Shown here one piece after another: positions 11,946 to 24,662 of a stretch of DNA of 64,000 nucleotides (positions within the stretch are counted from its first letter, which is position 1; every line of letters starts with the position of its first letter). The notes beneath the pieces were generated by a model that saw only the letters and a list, made by a program, of their open reading frames with translations, was not told where the DNA came from and did not search any database. This DNA is from Guillardia theta CCMP2712 (Eukaryota > Protista > Cryptophyta), in the NCBI RefSeq assembly GCF_000315625.1, contig NW_005434656.1, positions 631,636-695,635 on the forward strand, given 5' to 3'. A program made the position numbers and the translations under genes.

Positions 11946-14900
11946 ATGGGGAAGAGTGGAGTCTTCATTGGGGATTCACGGATGAAGATTAGAATGTTTG
12001 CTCTTTCATGCTGTGTGGAAATGAAGTATGACACCAGAAAGAAATGTAACAAGAAGATGTTGAATTAAGTGTAATGTGCACTTTGCAGTAAGAGGAAACA
12101 TCAAGTCTCCACTATTAGCCAAACCTTGCGCTGTTTGTTGCTGGAATTTGACGTCAGAGCAGGCGCACGCCTCATGCTTAGCTGGGACCTTGTGCAACAG
12201 CGAAAGATCGCAGATGAGCAGAGGCGAGAAGCGTTCGCGGATTACAGCGGAGACGAAGAGTCGGTGGTGTCTGATGATGACGGTGAGGCAACACTGCTTG
12301 CTTCTTAAACCACAGCCCACATGACTTGATTGATCATGTTTCTCAGCGGAAGTTGGATATCAAGGCAATGTACAGACAACAAAATTGTCTTCATTCTTGG
12401 CGAACAAAAATGTCAACAGGACTGCAGGTAGTTTCGTTCTTTGCATAGAATTAATCCAGTAACTGAATGCTATTGAACAGATGCTGGCCAAAGCAACAAG
12501 ACGTCTCACGGAAATGGATGGAGCAAGGTTAACAGCAATGTTCCAAGAGACCAGACTTCTGGATGGATTGACAATAATGTGAATGCAAACTATCAAAAAG
12601 CGTTGAAGGACATATCTGTTCAATTCAGTCAGGCAATTGCAGAGTGCAGTTCACAAAAGGTTAGTTCGCCCGTCCAAGAAGTCAAAGCCAAGTCAGATGC
12701 AATTTGCACTGAAAGAAAACTCTCTCCTGACTTGGAAGTCAGTCCATCGAACTCCAAAGGTACCTGATACTCGTTTGAGGAAGAGACTTTTTTCTGACAA
12801 TCTGCAAGGTGATGAGCTTCGAATCAATATCAATCCGCAGCAGAATAAAACTAAATCCAGCGTTCGACCATATAGCAATGCTAACTCGAAACGCAGAAGC
12901 ATTGCCTCTATGCCTCAAAGAAAAAATCAAGACCTGAACGTCAAGACCAACAAACGAGCGAAGGAAAAGATTGGAAGCAGGAACCATCGATTTTATCAAA
13001 AGGTTGGTACATCAAGATGTTCAGAACTTGAAGAAGAAATAGAAGACTTTGTGAATGATCAATGCAATATCATTGATACCAATTCAGCATCTTGCAAATC
13101 GATTGAAAAAACAACTGGTGGAGATGATTCAAGCAGCAGCAGGCGTAACATACGGAATTGGATTTCAGGACTAGATGATTCAGCAGCTTTGAATGCCAAG
13201 TCTTTGTCTTCAAGAGCGGCAGAGAAACGATCCAAAAAGTATCCAGAGAAAATACTCTCACAGCGAGATGAGCCGAGTGGAACAAGCCTCACCTGTGATG
13301 ACATTCTTACCACGTCGATGTTATTGGAGGACACTGAGACCGTGCCAACTCCTCAAACTGATAGACAACGAAATGGACTGAATATAGATGATGAAATTGG
13401 TGAATTCTCAGATGGAAACGACAATTCAATGCTTGAATCCTCTACTTCAGTCCAAGATGATTCGAGAAGGGTATTTCCATCGTTCCTGGACAAACTTGAC
13501 ATCACAGATATAAGTACAAGTCTTCAACCTCTTCGCTCCCGCAAACGTAGTAGAAGTAAAGGGGAGCTTGGCCAATGTTTGAATAGATTTTTTATTCGAA
13601 CGGAGCAAGAAAATGCTCTGTTCAAGCATGTAAACCAGAATCATAGGGATGATCTGAGTACAAGTGCTGACAGGGAATTTTTTTGTGCACATGTGCAGTC
13701 TTTGAGCTTCGAAATGAATTTAGTGCGGGTAGAATCATCATTGTGCCATGACTGCGATCACATGAAAAAGCTTACAATATTTCTGTTGTTTCCGAAGACT
13801 ATATGGAAGGATCTGGGGTTTGGTCAAGGGCACATTATCAAAGTTTCCATGCCGTGGCATGCATTTGCAACAACGTCTGGAAAATATATTCTTTGCTCTG
13901 AAAAATGCATATCGATTGGTGTTGAGGCTTTGAATACGATTTCTGATCCACCCCAACAAGTGGCCGAGAAAATTCTTTGTGATGCAAATTCAACATCCAC
14001 AGTCAACTTTTCTGAATTTTGTAAACTTGAATCCTTTTTTCCTCAAGGGAGGGAATATCAGAGATTACACCTCGGAAATTTTGAAGCTCTCAATTTGGAA
14101 GACTTCGGTGATGGTGAGGGCTCTAATGCAATAACATGTATCTCAAATGTGCATCCGTTCATGGTAGATTTGTCCGTTGCTGGTCAAATCATTGGAATTC
14201 ACCCAAGGCACCTGCTGATCTCAAGGGCTGAATTAGGCGATATTGATTCATGCTACCGTGGACTCCTTGCAAAGACGAATTATTCTGACTTGTCATTCCT
14301 GCAACCTGGTATAGTGATCATGGACAATACTGAGACGTGTACAATCAACATACCAGTACCATTTGTGAACAAATGGATGGAACCATTGCTTTCGGCTGAT
14401 GTGTGTTCCAGTTTTGAATTTCATTGCTTGTCAATTTCTCCCGATATGAAACTCAGAAACAACTCTTCCATAGCAAAAAGTTGCGATAAGACCGAGACGC
14501 CACTTCAATTAGTGGTCACTGAAAAGTCATACTTTTACAAGGTGGAAACGCCAAAGGAACACCAAACCTCTGACCTGATTTCAGGAGCAGCTAAGCTGTC
14601 TTCCGTATCCGAAATTAATGTTCGAGTCAAAATTCTTTTGGTGCAGTTGATTGAGGTCCTTACTTTGCCAAACCCCACCAAATTCCATCTGTGGTTATCT
14701 GTACGTGAGAAGTCAATGAAGGAAACAGGAGTACCGAACGTTTTGGCTTACATCACAGATGCCTGTCAGGTATTGGCATGCCAGAGCGTTTTAAAACAAG
14801 GGGATGTGTTACTCATACGTGACGCGATCGTGGTCAGTTCCAGCTGTTGTGAAAATAGTGTTCCGCACTCCAATTCAGTCTGCATCAACATTGATAGTTT

Positions 14901-15471
14901 ATCTCAAATCGTAAAGGTTGGCTCGAATAAGGAGCTTCTCTATGAAGAATCTGAGAATCAATTTATTTTACCCTACTGTTATGTCCCAAAGCCATTACTG
15001 GAGGAATTCCAACACGCCCTGGGTTTACACTGTGATTTTGAGAATTCTGGTGGATCGTACCTCCGTTTCGAAGGGAAAATCGCTGAGATTGATGCGATCA
15101 AGGTATCAAGAATATGCCCAGAGTGCAGATCCTCAAATCGCTTCAGAGAGATCGAGTTGCCTGATGAGACCTCGAGGATGAATTCCTGTCTTTGTTTGGA
15201 GTGCGGATTCGTGGACCATCGATCTGCTTGCCGTGACATTGAATCTTGCCATGTTATCGTGCGAACAGTTGCTGGCAAGGACGTCGACTTTTGTTTGGAC
15301 AACGTGCACATCACACAACTTCTTGCTTCATTGTCAGATGCTACCAACCCTGAGATCGAATTTCTCCTACATCGCTCCGTCGAAGGGACAGGGTTTTGGT
15401 GGTGCACAGTCTGTGCAGAAGGCCTGCAAGATGGAATGCAGCTGCAGGTGGTAAACATCTCGTTGTGCTAG
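11946..15471 (+). CDS. SPIDR: SPIDR-like DNA-repair scaffold (disordered N-terminus, OB folds, C-terminal Cys4 zinc ribbon)
   Basis: 944-aa ORF has RKRSRSKGELGQCLNRFFIRTEQENALFKH and LLFPKTIWKDLGFGQGHIIKVSMPWH (cf. SPIDR GGLAERLN..QNRERSAISLWRH and LFTKET...DTVRIFPPWQ), plus CPEC...CLEC. Intron ~12760-12808 joins upstream exons in frame. 5' end uncertain. Confidence 0.65.
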
Positions 15472-15527
15472 TACGGTGATCATCCTGATAACCCTATTCT
15501 CAACATGATTGTACATTTTCAAGAGAA

Positions 15528-16829
15528 CTATTCAACTCCCATCCACGTCTTGAGGGTTGGGACTAATAAAGCCAGCAGTGCACCGCTCCCTCCTAAATGA
15601 AGTGCCTTGAATCCGAATCCAGTGTAAAGTCCAGTTAGTCCTGTTCAATCTAAGGTAAGGATTTGGTGGCCGCAGCATCATACTGTACTTGCCTTTCTGT
15701 TTTACGATGGTAGCACCAGTGCCGACTAGATGGCGGAAGCCCCTTGAACAGATTTCGAACGAACAAACTTCCCGCCTCGGAACGGATGCAAGAAACGTTC
15801 GTTGTCGAACTGAACGGATTACATCCCCTGCAGCATGAATCAACAAAGAGGAATCATTGGAGAACAATCTGACCGGGAGTGTTAAATACAGCACCAAAGA
15901 TTCCAGCTGCGAATCCACCAGCAAACTGCTGCAGCATCTTCATGTCATCTGGAATAAAGTGGCTTGACTGCTCTTGGAAATGCTGCAGGCTTGCGAAATA
16001 TGCCGCTGTCCAGCTCAGCTGGCGGTACTGCAGGCCTGGAAATCCTGCATAGAGACCTGGCCAACCTCTTGTTTTGATGATGTCTTTGATGACAGCCAAC
16101 GCATTGTTCTTGTAAACATTGTTCTTATCGAGTTGCAAGGCGATCTTGGAGATCTCGATGGGTTGTATAGTAATCGCTTCTGGCACAGAGGCGACAGCTC
16201 CAGCAATTGCTTTCGTGAAACCTGTACCTTCCTTCTCCGACTTCTTGAATATTCCCACGTGGACAATGGGAAACAAGAAAAATTTCAGAATGCGCATATA
16301 TGTTGCTCGGACCATTTCTGGGACGATGCCCTGGGTGGCAAAGCCTTTCAATCCATGCTCCTTGTAAAAGTTCTGGAGAAGTTCAGCTGTTGGTTTTGCA
16401 CGACCTTCCGCTGCTGCCGACATACGCAATGCTCTCACAAGGTCGACAGGATACATCAGTGTAGCAGTCGAAACTGCTGCAATGGTGATGGGGGGTAAGG
16501 TTGCGAAAACACTCTGGCTTAACTTCTTAGCAGCTGCATAAAAGAATTCGAAGAAATCAGTTTGAAATAACAGCGCGGGAATGTAACAAGGTAATTTTCA
16601 TTTACTCGCCTTGTGATGCCTGTCCTGCCGCAAGGAGCATGCAAGGATCCCAAGCATGCAGATCCTCGCGTGCGAAGTAACATGAGGACGCGATGAAATC
16701 GTGCTTGAAAGGGTCGGAGATGAAGGAAGCGCTTGAGTCAGGATTCAGGAGAGGAAGAGGTGGCGTGGGGTGGGGCAACGAGGCTGAAACTAGGAGAGGA
16801 GCGAGCGAGAGTATGGCGAGAGCTCGCAT
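15528..16829 (-). CDS. Mitochondrial carrier family (SLC25) transporter with long, hydrophobic-start N-terminal extension
   Basis: Three Px[D/E]xx[K/R] signatures (YPVDLVR, QPIEISK, TP|GDVIR); spliced last exon GLTGLYTGFGFKALHLGG...GVE* (stop 15528-15530). Confidence 0.88.
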
Positions 16830-17315
16830 GGCGAACTCACTTCGGTACGTAGGGTCCTGGTTTGGATCCTCTCAGTGGAGGGGTACCGGCTTACTGGAGG
16901 AACACCATGTTGATGGGGGTAGGGGTAGAAGGGGTGGATTAACGGAGGGGGTAGGAGGGGGAGGGGGGATGGGGGTGAGGAGTCGCAAGGGAGTCGCAAT
17001 GTGAACAAATTCCAGTTTTAAAAGAGAATGTTTTAATATTTGTACCGCCTCGTCGGATTATTATATTTTTATAGACTCCTCAAAGAACGTTTTAAGTGTG
17101 TACTGCAGCTACTCAAATCATACTTTCCGTTGGTCCGCAGTGTACGGTACTTTCAGGGGCCCATTCTGTGCTCGTGGTAGTTTAATTTTAAAAATATTTA
17201 CAATTTTTGTACAACATAAAGATTTTTTGCATGCAAATATAACTTCTAATTCTTTTAAAGATAGTTTTACTATTTTAACAAATTGACTAGTTAGTTGGTC
17301 AGGCCTTGCCCTTTC

Positions 17316-19425
17316 ATGGCAGGAACGAAGCGGAGAAACAGTGCAATGAAGTGGATGCGGAGGGTGCCGAAGGGCACAGCGAGAAGTTCATGGTCGATGA
17401 TGACGATGATGATCATGACGATGGCAATGATGGCTGAAAGTGTTCCCATCAAGCCTGAGTCTCATCCTATCGAGGTAGTCAAGTCTCAGGTGGTTTGTCC
17501 TGATTCGCAGATGCGATCGCAGGGCTACCAAGTCGTGGCGAGTACGCGTGGGTACACGTTAGCAGAGAAGCCTGTTCGTACCTGGATACGAGTAGGATGG
17601 TCTTGATTGCCTGCTCAGGTGTCTGGGCTATGCGATGTAGTGAAGCAATACGCCGGCTACTTTAACGTCACCACCGGTAGTGTAATCTGTGTGGCATAGC
17701 ATCGTAATGGTGTTCTTTTTTCAGCCACGAAGATGTACTTCTTTTGGTTCTTTGAGTCTCGCAGCAAGCCTGCAACCGATCCCGTCATCCTCTGGATGAC
17801 CGGAGGGCCTGGCTGCTCCAGCGCGATTGCGCTGTTCAGGGAGAATGGACCCTGTACCATCCAAGACGACCTTACAACCAAGAAGAATCCTTTCTCATGG
17901 AACAGCAATGCCTCAATCCTGTATATAGACCAGCCAGCAGGAACGGGCTTCTCTTATGGTGAAGACTCGGATTTTGATCATAATGAGGAGGAAGTTTCGC
18001 GGGACATGTACAATTTTCTTCAGGAACAAGCTTTACTAAAAGACATAAGGGTCTGAAATTCCTCCCAGGCGTTCTTTTCTGCGCACAAAAATTATGTCAA
18101 GAATGATTTCTTCATCTTTGGCGAGTCATACGGCGGACATTTCGTGCCAGCGACTGCCTATCAAGTTTTCAAGGTGGGAACAAGTTTTCTCTGGTACCCG
18201 TGAGTTTTTTTTTTTCCGCAGGGGATGCAGGACAAGAGGGACATCCCGTTGAAGCTCAAAGGAGTCGGAGTTGGTAATCTCCTCTTGCTCCTCCTCCACC
18301 CCAAACTGTCTTTCACTTTCATGCTCAAACTTGCTCGCCCCTTCTAAAACGCCGGCAGGAAACGGCTTGACTGCGCCTGAGATTCAGTGCGCTCTTCTGC
18401 GCAAGGGTGTTGAATACTTATCCTTCTGTCAGATATCAGTATTATGCTGAGTATGCCGTGAAAAATCCCGTGCATCCTCTCGTGCGTGATGACACTTGCT
18501 TGCTCGTTCCTTATCTCATGCTCGCAGGTGAGCAAGCCTGAAGAGCTCGCCATGCGAGCTGCCGCAAGCGTCTGTGTAGCAAACATCCAGTTGTGTCAGA
18601 GCAAGGACGCATTCTGCGAGACAGCCTTTGCTATCTGTGGACTGTCCCAGGTCAGCCCAGTTCAGGTACGACCGACTCGTTGGTGAAAGGAAGCCTCCAA
18701 CCGTCGTGCTGCAGATGACAGGGATCAACCTCTACGATGTCAGGCAGAGGTGCGAGACGCCGCCCCTTTGCTACGATTTCTCAAACATCAACAAGTTCTT
18801 CCAGCTCCCCAAGGTGAGCTGAGATGCTCTGTTCGCGCCTGAACTGATTTCGCAGGTTCTGAACGAGCTGGGGACTGGCCCACACTTGTGGAAGGAGTGC
18901 AACTTCAAGGTGAACTCAGCATTCCACAGTGACTGGATGCACCATTTCCAGACCGTCTTCCCTGAGATGCTGGATGCCGGTGTAAGGTGAGCTGGATCAA
19001 AGCTGAACAGTCCCATGGCGTTGAGAGGTTTTCAGGGTTCTCATCTATGCGGGCGAGATGGACTATATCTGCAACTACTTGGGTAACAAGGCATGGGCTC
19101 TGCGGCTGCCATGGAGCGGACATGACGCTTTCAATGCGGAGGGTGATCACGAATGGATGGTGGGAGGAAGTAAAGCGGGCCTTGCGAGAACTGTGGATGG
19201 CTTCACTTTCCTTCAGGTGCTGGACTTGCAGAGAAGTATGAGCGAACTGACTCATCCCGACAGGTTTATAATGCAGGACACATGGTCCCACTCGATCAGG
19301 TGCCTCATTCATTGCCTCGTTTTCTATCATTGATCATGCGTGTTTGATAGCCGGCCAATTCACTTGCAATGCTGAGCACTTTCCTAGCTGGTGGATCGTT
19401 TTACTCTCCTTCTCGTAAGGCCTAA
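17316..19425 (+). CDS. Serine carboxypeptidase, family S10
   Basis: YFFWFFESR...PVILWMTGGPGCSS, NPFSWN...YIDQPAGTGFSY, catalytic GESYGGH, GEMDYICN, AGHMVPLDQ; many short introns. Confidence 0.95.
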
Positions 19426-20107
19426 GCCGGGAAATCGCATGCCGCTTGAATAACTGAGTAACTTCGGAGCTGCGCAACTTAAAGGCTCGCCGGGTCAGGC
19501 TTAAGGCTCGGTCAGGAACGGCTTGTTTGTAAGCCTTAAAAAACTTGCCACTTGCCAGTGATAGTACGTACTACCATTACCGTAGCCTGCCGCGATGCGG
19601 ACTCTCTGAGTCCGTCCGACCGTCACAGAACTTCCGAATTCCGAAGTTCGGAACGGTCCAGGAGTCCGGGAGCAGCCCGGCCCGGGCCGCGCTCAGTCGA
19701 GTCCGCCGAACGGGCCCGGCGATCGGAACCGGCAAGTTTGAATTTCAAGTTCCCTTACTATTATATATTATTGAAATTTTCTGGCGCAATCCCTTTTAAA
19801 TCGTAATAAGAGATTTTAAAAGATGGTTGTGCGCATGGCCTTCAAGAATGGGGGAGGGTGGCGGGGATGCTAGAGCGGGAGCAGAGGAGCAATGAGAGGA
19901 CGGCGATGCTACAACGAACCCTAGCCTTTGTTTGTGCAGAAAGAAGAGTATTGTCAGCAGGCAGAGTGTGACGGCAGGGTAGTAGCAGCCATTTGCTATG
20001 TGACAGCAGCCCATACTGCTGAAGAAAGACGAATCGATGCCAACATGGCTCACTGAAGGCGAAGATTCCCTGCTGAGCCTGACTCCTTGCACTCAGATCG
20101 CGTTCCC

Positions 20108-21605
20108 ATGTCGCAGGCTGTAGGCAGGGTGGTCCTGCTCCTCACGGGAGGAGCTGCAGGTTTTCATTTCCCAGCCTTGTTAGGTGCGTTGAAAATTTGG
20201 TCAGGTTCTGCCTTGTGGCAAAACAAGGACTCCCTCGACGATGTACCGAAGCAGTTGCTTCAGGTTCTCTCTCGGACGAGCAAGAAAGGTTGTAATGTCT
20301 GCTCCCAGGCTATTCTAGGAATGAGAACCAACGGTGGTTCTGATGGCTCAGGGCTGGATCGGAAAGTGGACAACCTGGCTCAAGAAATGCGGATGATGAT
20401 GTCAAGATCCAACCAAGGGACAGTCATCGTACAGAGTGGAAGCTCTTGGTCATTTTCGCGGATCATATATCTCATTCTACCTGGTACTGCTGTGACCCAA
20501 CTTGCTTATTGTGTTTCCAACGGCTTGCCCGAACAGGAGCGGGAGTGTACTACTACATGAAGTGGAAGGGATACTCTCTAGCAGATCTGCAGGTACATCA
20601 ATAAGGACGGCATGAGGTGTTGTTGCCAACTCTTGCATCTCAGTGGGTTTCGAGCACAAGGTTTTCTCAAGCAGTCGAGGCAATGAAGACAGCCCAGGTT
20701 GACCTCGAGCGCGATTATCTATATGTGATCTTATTCCTGCATTGCAGGAAGCACTGAGCATCAAGTTGAATGATTTCCGCACAACAGCTCATCAAGTACC
20801 GCAGGGCAGAGCATTTTTGAGCGCGAGTCACATGTTTTTAGGCCTTGGAACAGTTTCAAGAAGTCGTCGAGAAGCGTTTCTTGGGCATCCAGCACCAGAT
20901 TCATGACCAGGCAACATTTTAGCTCTTGAAGAGCTTGCTGCCTCTGAAGTGTTGAACAGGTTGGCGAAGTGCAGGGTGAAGTGATTGGCGTGCGAGACAA
21001 CCTTCGGACTGTCGATCAGCGAGTGCAGGTAATGGGTTTGTGAACAACCTTCACCCGTTGTGCTCCACAGCCCCTTGACCAAAGTTTCAGCGCCTGGAAA
21101 CAAGCTCGACGAGACTCAGAGCCAGCTGCAGTACACTTCCAAGGGCATTCACCTTCTCTGCAGGCACTTAGAGCCCCAGCGTTGTGAGATGGAGCGCTAA
21201 CTGCCTGCCTTCAGCGTCGTGTCGGAAAGCCTGGGAGACGGCTCGAATACAGCCCGTGAACTCAGACAGTTTGCACAGGTGGCGAACCATCCTCGTAGAG
21301 ATCTTGCTGAATCTGATGTACAGCGCTCTCCCCGTCAGATCGAGTCGCAGCAGTATCCCCAGCTCCAAGATGCACCGGTAGAGGAGGACGGAGAGGGGGG
21401 GTGGGGTGTGTGTATGCTGATTTACATTCAGGTGCTAGTGGACATCGCGCCTGCATTAGAATCGTCCTCCACCACCACCATGAAGCCTCCTCCTGCTCTT
21501 GTCGGAGGTATCCTGGGCTCCACTTGGACCGTTCGCCCGATGCATCGTAGCACTGTGAGCACCCCTGCTTCGGAGGCAGACAACCCACCGGAACCTGTAC
21601 AATAG
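20108..21605 (+). CDS. DUF1664-family protein (TM segment followed by coiled coil)
   Basis: GRVVLLLTGGAAG N-terminus; GVYYYMKWKGYSLADLQ|WVS...FSQAV matches the DUF1664 motif YMWWKG.SFSD.MYVT; downstream heptad exons. Confidence 0.75.
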
Positions 21606-21768
21606 GACAAGGAAGACCTCTGACAAGTTATACACAATTCATTGACTTGAAGGACAACACGCATGCTCTATCTCCTTCCCTCCCTCCTCTGCTCCCCGCA
21701 TCGATCGCTTCATGATAGATACCCACCCAACCGCTCGCGTCCCTCTCAACCAACAAGAAACGCCCCCT

Positions 21769-22212
21769 TCATCTCAGTGAGAACGCGTCAGAGTTCCATA
21801 GGCGTACAAGGGCCTCTAGATCTCTTTCCAGCTTCTTGGAAACGATCGGCTGACCATCCCGGTGAAAAGGATTCGAAACACATTCAGCATGTAAGCTGTG
21901 CAGCTTCTTGAAGAATGCCTTGACCAAGCTCCCATCCTTGCCATCTTTCTCGTCCAGTATCATCACCATTCTCACCCCCGTGTTTGTTATGTAGCCATGG
22001 ATTTTGTGCTCCTGAGCAGGATACAGCGTACCGAGGTACGAATCCACCTGTTTACCAACCCCTCCTGCGCGCGCCGCTTGCTCCTTCTCCTCGAAGATGT
22101 CTATGGCACAATAACACATGTAGTGATACTTGTTCAGGTCTTTCCCTCCTGAGTAGACTCTCAGCAATGCTGGGAAGTTATCCTTCTCTATGATACATAA
22201 ACATTCAATCAT
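21769..22212 (-). CDS. TRAPPC2L: Trafficking protein particle complex subunit 2-like (sedlin family)
   Basis: MIECLCIIEKDNFP...YCAIDIFEEK...DSYLGTLYP...KIHGYITNTGVRMVMI...CVSNPFH; intronless. Confidence 0.9.
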   Translation of the reverse strand: MIECLCIIEKDNFPALLRVYSGGKDLNKYHYMCYCAIDIFEEKEQAARAGGVGKQVDSYLGTLYPAQEHKIHGYITNTGVRMVMILDEKDGKDGSLVKAFFKKLHSLHAECVSNPFHRDGQPIVSKKLERDLEALVRLWNSDAFSLR

Positions 22213-22442
22213 CGAGACCTGATAGCAAGTTCTGGTCAGTGAAACGCCTTTCGCAATCGACAACCTCATTCATCCGTCAGCGCCTCCTCCATCTCGTCTG
22301 CCGTACCAACCTTCACCTTCTCTCCCTGGCTCCCATTCTCATTCCTGATGGCCTCCCTGGCGTATCCCCTTCCCTTCATCATCTCACTTCTTCTGATAGA
22401 GATTTTTCTTCCTCCCCTGCTTCTAGCTGCAGCTTAGTATCG

Positions 22443-22483
22443 GCATAGCAGCTGCATAGCCTGCTGCATAGCCTGCTGCATAG
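22443..22483. repeat. 12-bp tandem repeat GCATAGCCTGCT x~3.5
   Basis: Direct reading. Confidence 0.8.
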
Positions 22484-22539
22484 CAATCACAGGCGCGTGT
22501 GGTATGAGGGTCTACCGAGCATTTGAGCCTGGCCGAAAC

Positions 22540-23190
22540 AGGCTTTGAGTCGGCACCGGCACACTGACAGGGCGCCGCGCGGCCGGCCAGGCCCGGCCCG
22601 GGGCGAGGCGGCCCGCCGCGTCACTGTCACAAGTGACAGTCACGCTTGTTTAGTCAAAGTTAAGTTAAAAAGCAGTACGAGGACAATCACTGAGTGTCGG
22701 GCCCGCCGCTGAGCAGTGCGGCACAGCGGCGGCGGAGCCGGCCCCGGGGACGGTCTCGCATAGCCGCGTCATACTCAGAGTCCGACAGTGCCGGGCGGCC
22801 AGTCACATCACTGTCATGCGGCCGCCCGGCTGACTCGGTGAGTCACTGGCATAAGTTAACAAAACTCTCTCGTAACCCAAGACACGGCTGAGCCCGGAAG
22901 TTGAGTTGTTTGTAAGTTTTCAGTTTCGCACTCCGAGGCTCAGAGTCTCTAAGTTGAAGCCGGACTCTGGTCATCCGATGGCGCGCGGCGGCGGCCGAAC
23001 GAGTTCCGCGGCCGTGCCGCGGCGCCGCCCCGGGCCGGGCACGTGACCCAACCGTTGAACGGTACCGTAACAGCCTCCGATGGCTCAGCCTGCCAGTGTG
23101 GCACTGGCCGGGCTGACCGTACTACTAGGCTAACCGTTGAACCGTGGTAGCGGCGTGCCGCCCCAGGCTCGGACCCCGAGTTTCAAAAAG
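22540..23190. promoter_or_regulatory. GC/CpG-rich intergenic island, likely bidirectional promoter of TRAPPC2L and FAAP24-like genes
   Basis: Non-coding, rich in GGCC/CCGG with repeated AGTCA/TGACT, ACTCGG and AAGTT words; lies between divergent starts. Confidence 0.5.
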
Positions 23191-23249
23191 GCGTGTGCGG
23201 GTGGTCAAGTAGAGCGAACGCAGATGGCTCAAGCATAACCAGCTGGAGC

Positions 23250-24357
23250 ATGTCGGGGAAGCGCGGGGAAGCAAGAGCAGTGGATGACGAGGGTGACTTC
23301 CTGTGTGAGGACGTGGCAGGACGAGCGAAGGAAACGATAGTTCGCTGCGGGTTGCTGGGTGACTCGGTAGTGAACGCGCTGAAAGGAGCAAGGGTGACAT
23401 ACAAGGAGAGCAACAACCCCTACCTGGATGTGGTCCTGCCTGGAGACCTGGCATGCATGTACGTGCCAGCTAGACAGCTTGAGAGCTTCGACAGGATGAT
23501 GCAGCAAGAGCTACAGAACCCCGTCTGGTTCAGCCACCAGGGGAAGGGAAACGAGAACGTTGGCAAAGAAACCGCGACAAGCAACCCTGGGTTGGAGAGG
23601 AGCCTCAAGGGGAGGGTGGACGAGATAAGGAGGTCTGCTGTGTTTCCTCACTGTCTGTGGTCTTACTGTGAGCAAAGGCACAAGTCGGCAGCGATTTGTA
23701 TCGAGAAGAGCAAGTCGGTCGACACCAGCTCAACCATTTCAAAGGCGCAGTATTTGTTTGTGGTCAAGCACGACATACAAGTCATTCCGGTCTGTCATGC
23801 TCTCATGTGCCCTTTGCTTCCTTACTACCTGCTTGTCGCTCCGCCCATCAGGTGGCTGACGCAGACGGGTTTGTCGCATACCTGCTAAGAAAACTTTCGC
23901 CGCCGTCCCTGAAGGACAAACAAATCGCATCGAGGTTGAAGGTGGAGCACCGGAGGCCCGTCAGCGCTTCATTGTGCAGCATCGCTCTCTTGATGCCAGC
24001 ATCTCCCCTCACTCGTCTCGTGGCAGGGCGTCAGAGCTGGTCCTACAACTTCCAGGAATGCAGAAACCGGCGAGCGACAAGGTGTTGAAGCAGTGAGTCG
24101 AGGAGGTGCGGGGAGACGAGCGACTCTCATGGGGTTGAGCGAACAGCTTTCGGAGGCTCGGAGCGTTCTTCTGTGCGGAGCAAGAGGAGATAGAGAAGGT
24201 GAAGAGGAGGAAGAGAGGAGCAGACGATCGCTGAGACCTTTGGCGGGCAGGTCGTGGGAGATCGGGACGAGGCGACGAGGTAGCTGGTGATGGAGCATGT
24301 GGGTCTTGTGACTACTGTTGCAGGCTTCATCGTCTCTTCCGATGCAGCAGAGGGTGA
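23250..24357 (+). CDS. FAAP24: FAAP24-like protein (inactive ERCC4 domain plus HhH2), multi-exon
   Basis: Motif order DVVLPGDLACMYV, AAICIEKS, AQYLFVVKHDIQVIPV, LVLQLPGMQKPASDKVLKQ|F...EEIEK|VVG parallels FAAP24 (DFYLSNRCCILYV, GIVVVEKT, LQKFTVLDLGMVLLPV, VQQIPGVGK...LEQVVG). No catalytic ERKxxxD. Confidence 0.65.
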
Positions 24358-24662
24358 CGTATGGAAGGAAGAGGATAGATCACTGAGTCTTTGTTGTTTC
24401 CAGGCATCACAATTACGCAATCAAGTGTGCCAAGAAAGCCAACGCAGCGGCGAGGATGTTTCGATAGCAGGAGGCAGGTTTGTTTGTCCCAATAAGTTCA
24501 TTTCATATTCGTTATGAGGCAAAGAAGATCAAAAGAATTAATAATCTTACATCTTGTTGTGTCCTAGAGATACCAAGCACCACACAATCATATCGGATCA
24601 TACGACCTCACCGCACCTCTCTGAACTTTCGCTCAAAGAAGAGTAATCAGCTTCACAATCAA

